In this document: positions 1 through 6,460 of the stretch, one piece after another
How positions within the stretch are numbered: the first letter of the stretch is position 1
How the letters are laid out: each line of letters starts with the position of its first letter
Source of the DNA: an uncultured Coriobacteriia bacterium
GTDB lineage: Bacteria; Actinomycetota; Aquicultoria; CAYWVN01
Length of the DNA: 46,061 nt
Direction of reading: 5' to 3'
NCBI GenBank assembly: GCA_964461725.1
Contig: CAYWVN010000002.1
Coordinates: 1-46,061 of the forward strand
Notes under the pieces: model-generated
Seen by the model: only the letters and a program-made list of their open reading frames with translations
What the model was told of the DNA's origin: nothing
Databases searched by the model: none
Program-made: the position numbers and the translations under genes

Positions 1-1356
1 CCGCGGCCCAATGACGCCGCGCGTGGGGCTCTTGCACTCCAGGTGGACCTGCTCCAAGCGTTGGGTCATGTCGATCATCTCTCCCCCGCACGAGCCGAAG
101 ACCTCGATGACCTTGCCGGCGTACTCGCTCTGCACGTCGACCACCGCCAGTTCGATGGGCTCGAGCGTCACCCCGCCCTCGCGCTTGAGGATGACACGAG
201 GACGCCCGACCTGAAACTCGAACCCCTCACGGCGCATGGTCTCCATCAGCACGGAGAGGTGCAGCACGCCCCGGCCGGCCACCTCCATCCCGTCCTTGCC
301 CCCGGTCTCGGTGATCCGCATCGAGATGTTCGACTCCGCCTCGCGCAGCAGCCGCCCCTTGAGCTGGCGGCTGGTCACTAGGCACCCCTCCTGCCCGACC
401 AGCGGGCTCGTCGACGCGGAGAAGACGACCGACATCGTCGGCTCCTCAAGGTGGATCGGGTCGAGCTCGATCGGGTCGATGCGACACGTGAACATGTCGC
501 CGATGTCGGCATCTTCGACGCCGACCACCGCCACGATGTCGCCGGCGTGCGCAGCCTCAGTCTGCCGGCGGCCCAGCGCCTCGAACGTGTAGAGCTCTTT
601 GACCTATGCCGCGTAGCGGGCGCCGTCGTTCTTGATCACCAGGATCTTGTCGCCGCTGCGCATGGTGCCGGAGAAGATGCGCCCGATGCCTATGCGGCCG
701 ACGTAGTCCGAGTAGTCGATGGTGCAGACCTGCATCGCGACCGGGCCGTCCGGGTCGCAGTCGGGCGCCGGGACGCGGTCGAGGATAGCGTCCAAGAGCG
801 GGAGCATGTCCATGTTGCCGTCGTCGGGCTCGAGGCGCGCGTAGGCGTGAGTCGCGCTGGTGTAGACGATGGGGAAGTCGAGCTGGTCGTCGTTCGCGCC
901 CAGCTCCAGCATGAGATCGAACGCCGCGTCGACGACCTCGTGGGGACGGGCGCCCGGCCGGTCGATCTTGTTCACCACGACCACGGGCTTCAGTCCGTGC
1001 TCGAGGGCCTTCTTCAGCACGAAGCGCGTCTGCGGCATCGGGCCCTCGAAGGCGTCGATGATGAGCAGCGCGCCGTCGGCCATGTTGAGCACGCGCTCGA
1101 CCTCGCCGCCGAAATCGGCGTGCCCGGGCGTGTCGATGACGTTGATCTTGGTGTCCCTGTGCCGGATCGATATGTTCTTAGACAGGATGGTGATGCCGCG
1201 CTCGCGTTCCTGGTCGTCCGAATCGAGCACGCGCTCCGCCACCTGCTGGTTGTCCCGGAAGACGTGGGTGGTGTGCAGCAGGCGGTCGACCAGCGTCGTC
1301 TTGCCGTGGTCGACATGGGCGATGATGGCTACGTTGCGGACGTCGTTTTGGCGCAT
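1..1356 (-). pseudogene. typA: Translational GTPase TypA/BipA. The 3' end runs off the window, and the frame is broken by one in-frame TAG at 604-606 (possibly a base-call error).
   Basis: ORF 604..1374 carries G-domain motifs [20 protein letters not shown] and NKID. The probable start is the Met at 1356 ([12 protein letters not shown]). After the TAG the same minus-strand frame stays open to base 1 and reads VKELYTFEALGRRQTEAAHAGDIVAVVG...SPLVGQEGCLVTSRQLKGRL...RPRVILKREGGVTLEPIE, which is TypA domains II-V. Confidence 0.9.
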
Positions 1357-1457
1357 GGCGTGACACCCTAGCACGATTCAGGCCGGCCGACAACGAACGC
1401 GCGGGCGGCCGCGAAGGGCGCGGCCCGGGCGGGCGGGCGAGATCGGCAGCGCCGCTA

Positions 1458-1646
1458 CCCACGCCGGCCGTAGTCGCGCTTGTCCAGGCAGGCGTCGTAC
1501 GTGTCGCGGTCGATGCGGATCCAGTCGGGGCCATCGATGCCGCGCGTGTTGGCGCTCGCGGGGCTGGAAGGATAGGCGCAGGCGACCTTGATCCAGCGGT
1601 TCTGCTCCCGCGCGATCGCCTTGATCCGAAGGAACAGTGAGCCGGC
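1458..1646 (-). pseudogene. Orphan C-terminal ORF remnant (63 codons, no ATG/GTG/TTG start), family unknown
   Basis: Stop-to-stop open frame AGSLFLRIKAIAREQNRWIKVACAYPSSPASANTRGIDGPDWIRIDRDTYDACLDKRDYGRRG* with protein-like composition. It is cut off upstream by the TAG of the adjacent relic ORF and looks like the 3' end of a gene truncated at the island border. Confidence 0.3.
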
Positions 1647-1829
1647 CTACTCCACCTTCACCGCGCCGTCGTCCAGGACACGCATCGTCTGCCACTCGTA
1701 GCGCTCCTTCTCAACGGCGCGCTCGACGCTCTTCTGGAGGCGCCGGCGTACGTTCTCCTGCCAACCGCGTCCGGCCAGTGTCACTGCCCCTCGATACAGT
1801 AGCTCCACGATCCCCGACGCCAACGACAC
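1647..1829 (-). pseudogene. Relic of a second nuclease module: leader element R fused to the last 33 codons of a paralogue of gene 3786..4295
   Basis: The ORF reads MSLASGIVELLYRGAVTLAGRGWQENV then RRRLQKSVERAVEKERYEWQTMRVLDDGAVKVE. The first part is read from repeat R. The second part is about 93% nt-identical to 3786-3887. Confidence 0.7.
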
Positions 1830-1838
1830 CGCCCGCCG
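1750..1838. repeat. Repeat R, copy 1 (89 nt)
   Basis: 87 of 89 nt identical to 4868-4956, same orientation. The two mismatches are C/A in ccagtgt[C/A]actg and G/C in cagta[G/C]ctcc. Confidence 0.9.
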
Positions 1839-1870
1839 TCGGCGAGCGCGGCGTTGGGGTAGGCGTATGC

Positions 1871-1966
1871 TTGGTATTGCTATAACAATGCCAAACGATT
1901 ATGGTGACCAAGGAAGGGTCGTCAATTGGCTCACGACTTACATTGGTATTGATATAGCCATAGGAA
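1871..1966 (+). promoter_or_regulatory. Putative AbiEi operator/promoter region with two related inverted repeats in an AT-rich block
   Basis: IR1 at 1871-1894, ttggtattgctataacaatgccaa, pairs 10 of 12 positions. IR2 at 1943-1966, ttggtattgatatagccataggaa, pairs 8 of 12. Both open with TTGGTATTGnTATA and their starts are 72 nt apart. They lie just upstream of the AbiEi SD and ATG (2015). Confidence 0.45.
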
Positions 1967-2014
1967 GGCTACTCGAAAGCCAACATAGGACGAGCGGTGA
2001 AGGAGGAATAAGGA

Positions 2015-2827
2015 ATGGCGTCGGCACGGAAGAAGCTGCCACTGAGTATGCCCCCGGTTCCCCCGGTCTTCACCGCCGACGAGTGGATCTCCGCACAGCC
2101 TGACACGCCCAGGGCAACCGCCTTTGATCGGCTGCGACGCGCCCGTCAGCGAGGATTCGTGAAGGCAATAGGGAGCGGTACCGGAGTATATGCCGTTGTC
2201 CCGCCTGGTGTCAGCGCAGAGGCGTACGTGCCAGACAAGATGGTGGCTGCCAGCAAGTTGCTGCCGGATTGCCCCGTGGCCTACCATTCTGCCCTGGAGG
2301 TGCTCGGCCGCGCGCATTCCGTAGGAATGGCGGACATAACGATGCTGTGTACGAAGCAGACGCCGCCCCGCCGGCTCGGTCCATGGAGCGTCAAGCCGGT
2401 GCGGGCTCCCCGAGCGCTTCGTGACAAGAACGCGGCGAACTTCGGCGTCACGAAGTTCAAGCGGCAAGACGGCGAGGCTCTGGTAACGAATGCGTCCCGC
2501 ACGCTCGTGGATTGCCTGGACCGCCTGGAGCTCGGAGGCGGCTTCGAAGAGGTCGTGCTGAGCCTGGAGAGCTACCCGACCGTGGATTTTGACGAAATAC
2601 TGGCGTACCTAGATCTGCTCGGGAGCCCGACAACCGTTGCGAGAGTGGGCTACGCACTCGATGCCTATGCGGAGCGCCTCTACTTCACGGACGAGGTCCA
2701 AAGCAGATTCCGGGACAGGCTGCCGTCGCGGCCCGTCTATCTGAGGCGCGAGACTCCGACACGCCTGGTAGCCAAGTGGCGCCTTCTCGTGCCGGAGAGA
2801 CTGCTCCCCGAGGAGTGGGAGGAATGA
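2015..2827 (+). CDS. AbiEi-family antitoxin / transcriptional regulator (type IV TA, abortive infection)
   Basis: 270 aa with a strong SD (GAAGGAGGAATAAGGA). It has an N-terminal wHTH-like segment (FDRLRRARQRGFVKAIGSGTGVYAVV) and a ...CPVAYHSALEVLG... core typical of AbiEi. Its stop overlaps the next start (ATGA at 2824-2827). Confidence 0.8.
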   Translation: MASARKKLPLSMPPVPPVFTADEWISAQPDTPRATAFDRLRRARQRGFVKAIGSGTGVYAVVPPGVSAEAYVPDKMVAASKLLPDCPVAYHSALEVLGRAHSVGMADITMLCTKQTPPRRLGPWSVKPVRAPRALRDKNAANFGVTKFKRQDGEALVTNASRTLVDCLDRLELGGGFEEVVLSLESYPTVDFDEILAYLDLLGSPTTVARVGYALDAYAERLYFTDEVQSRFRDRLPSRPVYLRRETPTRLVAKWRLLVPERLLPEEWEE

Positions 2828-3780
2828 GCCTTAGTCCGGCACGAATCGACCTGGCCGGCCTTGACCAGTCAACGCGGGAGAAGGTCGACCGGCTCGTGGA
2901 TGTGCTGTCCGAGGTGGCGAAGCATCCTCTGCTAGGAGAAGTGCTGGCGCTCAAGGGCGGCACCGCCATCAATCTCTTCTGGCTGGATCTCCCACGACTG
3001 TCAATCGATATAGACTTCAATTGCCTCATGGGTGCAGAAGAGCCGGCCACGGGCGGGGTCCGCCGCGAAATCGAGCTTGCTGTCAGTTCGGTGGCAAGGG
3101 CAATGGGATACACCGTGCAGATGGGTAAGGACGCTCATGCCGGCCGCAAGATCTTCCTCAACTATGTCGGGGAGGCCAGCCGCAAGACCGACAACCTGAA
3201 AGTCGACCTGAACTTCCTGATGCGGGCCAAGCTGGTCGACCTTGAGAACCGGGTGGCCAGGTGGCCCGGCGCTTCCCAGCCCCTTCCGGTGCTCCGTATG
3301 GAGGAGATATACGGTAGTAAGGTTGCAGCCCTCGTGCAGCGCACGGCGGCGCGAGATCTGTTTGACGTCTACGCGCTGCGCCACTCCGGGGTGGAGATGG
3401 ACGGCCCGCTACTGCACGCCTGTGCCGCCTTCTATCTGTCGCTGACGAAGACGTTCCCCGAGAACATGGGGGACAGAGCGCTGGAGCGCGCGGGAAGGCA
3501 CACTGATCTCGGCGATCTGGCCGGCCTGGTCAGTGCCGATTCGCTGCCGGGTCCTCGTGAGATGGCGCAGGCTGCGGTAGAGGTGATAGAGCCGATGATC
3601 GACCTCACGGGATTCGCGGCATCCTACTACCAGGCCATGAGCCGAGGCGAATACAGGCCGGAGCTGATCTTCGGCGCCTGGCCGACCGTCCTCGAGAACG
3701 CCAGGGACCATCCGGCGGGTCGCTGGAAAGCCAAGAACATCGCCGAGCATCGGGAGAAGCAGTCATCCTCCAACGCCTGA
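2824..3780 (+). CDS. AbiEii/AbiGii-family nucleotidyltransferase toxin (DUF1814)
   Basis: 318 aa from ATG 2824. The LALKGGTAINLFWLDLPRLSIDIDF signature is characteristic of AbiEii toxins. It is translationally coupled to AbiEi. Confidence 0.85.
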   Translation: MSLSPARIDLAGLDQSTREKVDRLVDVLSEVAKHPLLGEVLALKGGTAINLFWLDLPRLSIDIDFNCLMGAEEPATGGVRREIELAVSSVARAMGYTVQMGKDAHAGRKIFLNYVGEASRKTDNLKVDLNFLMRAKLVDLENRVARWPGASQPLPVLRMEEIYGSKVAALVQRTAARDLFDVYALRHSGVEMDGPLLHACAAFYLSLTKTFPENMGDRALERAGRHTDLGDLAGLVSADSLPGPREMAQAAVEVIEPMIDLTGFAASYYQAMSRGEYRPELIFGAWPTVLENARDHPAGRWKAKNIAEHREKQSSSNA

Positions 3781-3785
3781 GCGGC

Positions 3786-4295
3786 CTACTCCACCTTCAG
3801 CGCGCCGTCGTCCAGGACGCGCATCGTCTGCCACTCGTAGCGCTCTTTCTCGACGGCACGCTCGATGCTCTTCTGGAGCCGCCGGCGCTCGGCGCTCCTC
3901 GTGCGGCCGTCCAGCAGCATGACGTTCTTTATCGGCTCGCAGTCGTGCATGCCGTTGAAGACCACGTAGTCGACCGGGTGGAACATCGCCTTGGCGTCCT
4001 GCGGGTCCAACTTCAGCGGACTGCACACCGGGTCGAGCTGCCTTACCCTGGCCTTGGCCTCCTTCCGCCCGGCGTCGGTCCCCTTCTGCTGGAGCGCGGA
4101 TCTCTCGAGCTCGATCTTCTCCTCCAGCTTGTCCAGGCGCGCGATCTCCCTGTCCAGCGCGTCCATCCAGTCGGCCTCCGGTTTCTTCCTCAGGTAGATG
4201 CGGCAGTCGCTTAGGCGAAATAGCTCCGCGCAGTTGGGACAGACGCCGAAGATCTGCCGGTGCAGCGTGAAGAACCTCTGGATGTCCGACTTCAT
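3786..4295 (-). CDS. COG4741/PF10107-like protein (endonuclease related to archaeal Holliday junction resolvase), paralogue B
   Basis: 169 aa. It has an N-terminal Cys pair (CPNC), a central coiled-coil-like segment (DREIARLDKLEEKIELERSALQQK) and a C-terminal block FHPVDYVVF...LLDGRT...AVEKERYEW. Its ATG overlaps the corrected stop of paralogue A (ATGA at 4292-4295). Confidence 0.7.
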   Translation of the reverse strand: MKSDIQRFFTLHRQIFGVCPNCAELFRLSDCRIYLRKKPEADWMDALDREIARLDKLEEKIELERSALQQKGTDAGRKEAKARVRQLDPVCSPLKLDPQDAKAMFHPVDYVVFNGMHDCEPIKNVMLLDGRTRSAERRRLQKSIERAVEKERYEWQTMRVLDDGALKVE

Positions 4296-4802
4296 CGGGC
4301 CACCTCCGGCTCATAGGTGTCCCACACGACGCGTCCTTCCTCGACCGCCTTCTTGATCTGGAGCTGCGGCCCGGCCAGGCGGCTCTTCCCGGTCTTCACC
4401 TCGAGGAACACGATGCGGCTGACCGACCCCTTTCTCGCTCAGGCCCTCGAAGACCATGAAGTCGATGGGGTCGAAGAGCGACCGGCAGTCGTGGCGCTCG
4501 AAGCGGAATCCGGGCAGGCACGGGAGGAAATGCTCCACCTGCTTTCCGATGTTTGCCGCCTGCGCCTGCCGCTTGGACGTCTCGGGGATCTGCTTCTTGA
4601 GCTCCCGCAGCGCCTTCTTCCGGGCTTTGAGCTCGGCCAGGCACCGCTCGTAGGTCTCCTCGGCCGCGGGCATGAACTCGTCCAGAAAGAAGAGACCGGC
4701 GTCCTTGAGGCGCACCGGCGCCCCGCAGCACGGGCACTCCGCGAAGAACTTGCCCTCCTGGAGTTCGGTGATGACCTTGTGCGCGTCCGCTGGTTGGTTC
4801 AT
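4292..4802 (-). pseudogene. COG4741/PF10107-like nuclease, paralogue A, with an apparent +1 frameshift in a GGGG run
   Basis: ATG 4800-4802 is preceded by SD GGAGAAAGGA. The protein reads MNQPADAHKVITELQEGKFFAECPCCGAPVRL...FDPIDFMVFEGLSEKG, then the called frame degenerates (VGQPHRVPRGEDREE...). Skipping one G of the run (plus-strand cccc at 4427-4430) gives SVSRIVFLEVKTGKSRLAGPQLQIKKAVEEGRVVWDTYEPEVAR*. That tail aligns without gaps to paralogue B and restores a D...ExK motif. Confidence 0.75.
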
Positions 4803-4849
4803 GGGTGGTTCCTTTCTCCGGGGCGTGGCGTGTCCGCCGGGACCTAGTA

Positions 4850-5015
4850 TCACTTCGCCACCGGTGCACGTTCTCCTGCCAACCGCGTCCGGCCAGTGTA
4901 ACTGCCCCTCGATACAGTACCTCCACGATCCCCGACGCCAACGACACCGCCCGCCGCCCGCCGCACCGCCGGCACTCCATGTCACTTCGCCACGGGTGCC
5001 CATTCTCCTGCCACC
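4850..5015. repeat. Direct repeat of about 34 nt at 132-nt spacing (1.25 copies of a 132-nt unit containing R)
   Basis: 4850-4884, tcacttcgccaccggtgcacgttctcctgccaacc, against 4982-5015, tcacttcgccacgggtgcccattctcctgccacc: about 31 of 34 identical. A short (CCA)4(GCA)3 microsatellite follows at 5011-5031. Confidence 0.75.
4868..4956. repeat. Repeat R, copy 2 (89 nt), in the 5' leader/promoter region of paralogue A
   Basis: 87 of 89 nt identical to 1750-1838. It lies 66-154 nt upstream of ATG 4802 on the minus strand. Confidence 0.9.
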
Positions 5016-5046
5016 ACCACCAGCAGCAGCAGCGCGGGCCCCGCGG

Positions 5047-5228
5047 GGTTGTCGCAGATTGCGACAACCTTCTCCCTCAGACCCGCGCCCTGTCTGTCCA
5101 GTGAAACAGCGTGTGTTTGAGATGCCATTCTGGCACCTGAAGCCGCGCTTGAGATCGCAATTTGTGACCTCCGAACTGTTTGCCCAGCTCGCCAAGGGGA
5201 ACTTGATATCGCAAATTGCGATATCAAG
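5047..5228. promoter_or_regulatory. Three related palindromes with core TCGCA-N3/4-TGCGA (operator-like)
   Basis: 5047-5069, ggttgtcgcaGATtgcgacaacc, has perfect 10-bp arms. 5151-5171, gagatcgcaatttgtgacctc, is imperfect. 5202-5228, cttgatatcgcaaAttgcgatatcaag, has perfect 13-bp arms. All lie in the divergent non-coding region between paralogue A and the wHTH-MNT gene. Confidence 0.5.
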
Positions 5229-5276
5229 ATGCTACACTTTCACCATTTCGTAGCACGCCCGGTGCCGGCCCGGGGT

Positions 5277-5317
5277 TTGCCCCTTCGGGCAGAAGGACTG
5301 CCCCTTGGTACGTACCG
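5277..5317 (+). repeat. Repeat E, copy 1 (41-nt core, weaker similarity to about 5336)
   Basis: ttgccccttcgggcagaaggactgccccttggtacgtaccg matches 8651-8691 at 37 of 41 positions, same orientation. It contains the hairpin TTGCCC-CTTC-GGGCAA, which overlaps an alternative hairpin GGGCAG-AAGGA-CTGCCC. Confidence 0.85.
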
Positions 5318-5381
5318 TCAGCCCTTCCACGGCAGGCACCCTGACACCGCACCGGCTGAAAGGCACCTGCGTTATGGATAC

Positions 5382-5410
5382 TTGACCGGCTGATATGGCT
5401 ATGCGAGTAT
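5382..5410 (+). promoter_or_regulatory. Sigma-70-like promoter giving a leaderless wHTH-MNT mRNA
   Basis: TTGACC (5382-5387), a 17-nt spacer, then GAGTAT (5405-5410). ATG 5417 is 7 nt downstream of the -10 element and has no SD. Confidence 0.4.
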
Positions 5411-5416
5411 CCAGTT

Positions 5417-6034
5417 ATGAAGACGAGCGGGGTCGTCGAACTGCTTTTCGGATCGCCGGGGAGGGTGAAACTCCTGCGCCGTCTGGCCGAGGCCCCTCAG
5501 CCACTTTCGGGGCGGCAGGCGGCGGAGCTGGCCGGTCTTACGCATCGCGGGGCGATCCAGGCGCTCTCGGTCTTGGTCGACTTGGGGGTCGTCACGCAGC
5601 GCCAGGCCGGACGGGCCTACCAGTATGCCCTCGCGGAGAGCAACATCCTGGTGCAAGAGATCGTGCTCCCGGCTTTCGCCGCGGAAAAGCGGCTCCGTCG
5701 TATCTTGGAGGAAGACATCGTGGACCAGTTCGCCGGCTTGGCTCTGTCGCTCGTCCTCTTTGGAAGCGTCGCCAGAGGGGAACAGACGCCGCAAAGCGAC
5801 GTCGACTTGTTGGCGGTGGTTGCCAACGAGAAGGACAGAGAGACCATGGAAGAGATCGCAAGCAGCCGGGCGCCCGCGTTCCAGTCAAGATTCGGAGCGC
5901 CGCTGGCGGTGCATGTGCTCACCGTAGGCCAACTGAGAGAGAAGCGTCGCTCCCCCTTCTTGGTCGAGGCAGCCCGCGACGGCGTCGTCCTCCATGGCAA
6001 GCCGCTGAAGGAGCTGAGCCGGAGCCGTGGGTAG
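5417..6034 (+). CDS. Winged-HTH fused to a minimal nucleotidyltransferase (MNT-type antitoxin of HEPN/MNT modules)
   Basis: 205 aa. The N-terminus is wHTH-like (LSGRQAAELAGLTHRGAIQALSVLVDLGVV). The NTase motif is LFGSVARGEQTPQSDVDLL (GS-x9-DxD). Confidence 0.75.
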   Translation: MKTSGVVELLFGSPGRVKLLRRLAEAPQPLSGRQAAELAGLTHRGAIQALSVLVDLGVVTQRQAGRAYQYALAESNILVQEIVLPAFAAEKRLRRILEEDIVDQFAGLALSLVLFGSVARGEQTPQSDVDLLAVVANEKDRETMEEIASSRAPAFQSRFGAPLAVHVLTVGQLREKRRSPFLVEAARDGVVLHGKPLKELSRSRG

Positions 6035-6424
6035 TCGCAAGGTCAGGCGGGCCGGCAAGACCGATTCCGCGGTCTTCATCGGAAAGGCCGAGCAGTTCCT
6101 CGCAACCATGGAGCCGGCGCTTAGTTCCTCGCGATGGGACTCGGCGGGCCTGCAGGCTGTCCACGCGGTGATATCGGCGCCGATGCCGTAGTGGCCTACT
6201 ACTCCGGTGTCCGCAGCGCCGACAACGATCACCGGGCCGCGGTGGCAGTGCTTCAAGAGACCTTGGGGTCCAAGTCCGCGTCCGCTTCCCGGCATCTGAG
6301 CCGCGTCATCGCGAAGAAGAACGTGGTCGAGTACGAACAGCGTCGCCTGACGGAGAAGGAGGCGCGGGACATGTCGCGCGACGCGACTCGTTTCGTCTCG
6401 TGGGCCCGCGGGATGTTGCCCTAG
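6027..6424 (+). pseudogene. HEPN-domain toxin partner of the MNT, with an apparent 1-nt deletion
   Basis: GTG 6027 overlaps the MNT stop (GTGGGTAG). It opens VGSRKVRRAGKTDSAVFIGKAEQFLATMEPALSSSRWDSAGLQAVHAVISA and then hits TAG at 6189-6191. The neighbouring frame (ORF 6134..6424) continues ADAVVAYYSGVRSADNDHRAAVAVLQ..., which contains the HEPN Rx4-6H motif (RSADNDH). One base appears to be missing near 6177-6181. Confidence 0.7.
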
Positions 6425-6460
6425 GGCCGGAGTCCCTGGCGGCTACAGTATGCGACCCGA

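Noticed and set aside
604-606. Stop-codon reassignment or pyrrolysine as the explanation for the in-frame TAG/TAA codons (also 38484-38498).
   Set aside because: Many genes here end on TAG, TAA or TGA exactly where homologues end. TAA recoding is not known in bacteria, and no pyl genes are seen in the window. It cannot be fully excluded without the whole genome.
451-1371. Long plus-strand ORF (306 aa) antisense to typA. Similar long antisense or out-of-frame ORFs occur at 6539-7618, 9904-10707, 16821-17882, 22317-23549, 25720-26664, 28118-29104 and 32608-33939.
   Set aside because: Their composition is Arg/Ala/Gly/Asp-rich, as is typical of the reverse frame of high-GC genes. No motifs are present, and each fully overlaps a gene with clear family signatures.
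1647-1748. Diversity-generating retroelement idea, with the duplicated 3' end of the nuclease gene acting as a template/variable repeat pair.
   Set aside because: The seven substitutions between the copies involve all base types rather than adenine-specific changes, and no reverse transcriptase is present in the window.
4865-4881. Sigma-54 promoter inside repeat R (minus strand TGGCAGGAGAACGTGCA).
   Set aside because: The GG-to-GC spacing is one nucleotide longer than the TGGCAC-N5-TTGC consensus, and no enhancer-binding protein gene is nearby.
4803-5195. N-terminal 131-codon extension of track ORF 4311..5195, and the Arg-rich extensions of ORFs 35146..35856, 35898..36743, 40080..41582 and 41336..42364.
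   Set aside because: The extensions are low-complexity GC artefacts that run through repeats or upstream genes. Internal starts with good SD sequences and homologue-like N-termini fit better.
5101-5253. Short plus-strand ORF (…MPFWHLKPRLRSQFVTSELFAQLAKGNLISQIAISRCYTFTIS) as a real ORF6N-type gene.
   Set aside because: Only the heptapeptide echoes survive. The peptide is dictated by the palindromic DNA sites and lacks the remainder of an ORF6N domain. I kept it as an alternative explanation within the palindrome finding.
5277-5317. Repeat E as an integron attC site.
   Set aside because: There is no integron integrase, no GTTRRRY core sites, and the element is much shorter and differently structured than attC.
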